Part shown: positions 63,659-64,000 of the stretch, piece after piece
Position numbering within the stretch: the stretch's first letter is position 1
How the letters are laid out: each line of letters opens with the position of its first letter
DNA from: Lobosporangium transversale
Lineage: Eukaryota
Direction: 5' to 3'
DNA length: 64,000 bases
NCBI RefSeq assembly: GCF_002105155.1
Contig: NW_019029014.1
Location: 1-64,000, forward strand
The notes under the pieces: generated by a model
Seen by the model: the letters and a program-made list of their open reading frames with translations, nothing else
Databases searched by the model: none
What the model was told of the DNA's origin: nothing
Position numbers and translations under genes: made by a program

Positions 63659-64000
63659 ATTGTCAAAAATCCTTTCAAACGTTCACGCGAACGCCCTTCG
63701 CTACCTACTGCCTCTGAGCCTATCCAAGAGGTGTACAATCAACATATTCAGACATCCACCTCTTCATTAAGTGCCTCATCACTAACGTCTCCTTTTGAGA
63801 GTGTTTCTACTCAGTCGCTTGATACGGCGTCAACAACACCGACAAGAACAGTAGAGCCAGTGCCCGCGTCTGCATCTGCCATCGTGCCTGTGCCGAAGCC
63901 CACCTCCGTTACATTACCATCCTCAGCACCCGCATCACCTATTGCTCCGGCCACGCCACTTCCCCAACAGCAGCAGTCTCTATTCTTCTCATCTTTGCCC
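63659..64000 (+). CDS. Ser/Thr/Pro-rich open frame, 3'-partial, start uncertain
   Basis: Stop-free frame IVKNPFKRSRERPSLPTASEP...APATPLPQQQQSLFFSSLP running off the window; GC content higher than the upstream pyrimidine-rich leader. Confidence 0.5.
   Translation, partial: MVKNPFKRSRERPSLPTASEPIQEVYNQHIQTSTSSLSASSLTSPFESVSTQSLDTASTTPTRTVEPVPASASAIVPVPKPTSVTLPSSAPASPIAPATPLPQQQQSLFFSSLP

Overview
Eukaryotic, intron-containing, AT-rich fungal DNA with many long poly(A)/poly(T) tracts. The gene repertoire suggests an early-diverging fungus, probably Mortierellaceae (inference). About 16 protein-coding loci can be reconstructed: a GPI/Kre9-like cell-wall protein (partial), a small secreted Cys protein, a secreted EcsC-like protein, a divergent septin-type GTPase, peflin, a large Arm-NACHT-pentapeptide-WD40 NLR-like protein, an F-box protein, an OTU deubiquitinase, a ChAPs/exomer subunit, an ankyrin protein, mitochondrial bL36, a partial ORF at the right edge, and four complete group-A FAD monooxygenases (plus one truncated copy) with micro-exons. 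Mobile DNA includes a 2.3-kb IS630/Tc1/mariner element with perfect 37-bp TIRs and a long-spacer (~DD87E) pseudo-transposase inserted just after a monooxygenase stop codon, plus faint LTR-retroelement relics. The most striking structure is a ~1.5-kb fold-back at 47.4-48.9 kb whose two apparently identical 599-bp arms are built from a decayed LINE reverse-transcriptase sequence, a candidate hairpin/siRNA source locus. All calls come from reading the sequence by eye; no searches were run.
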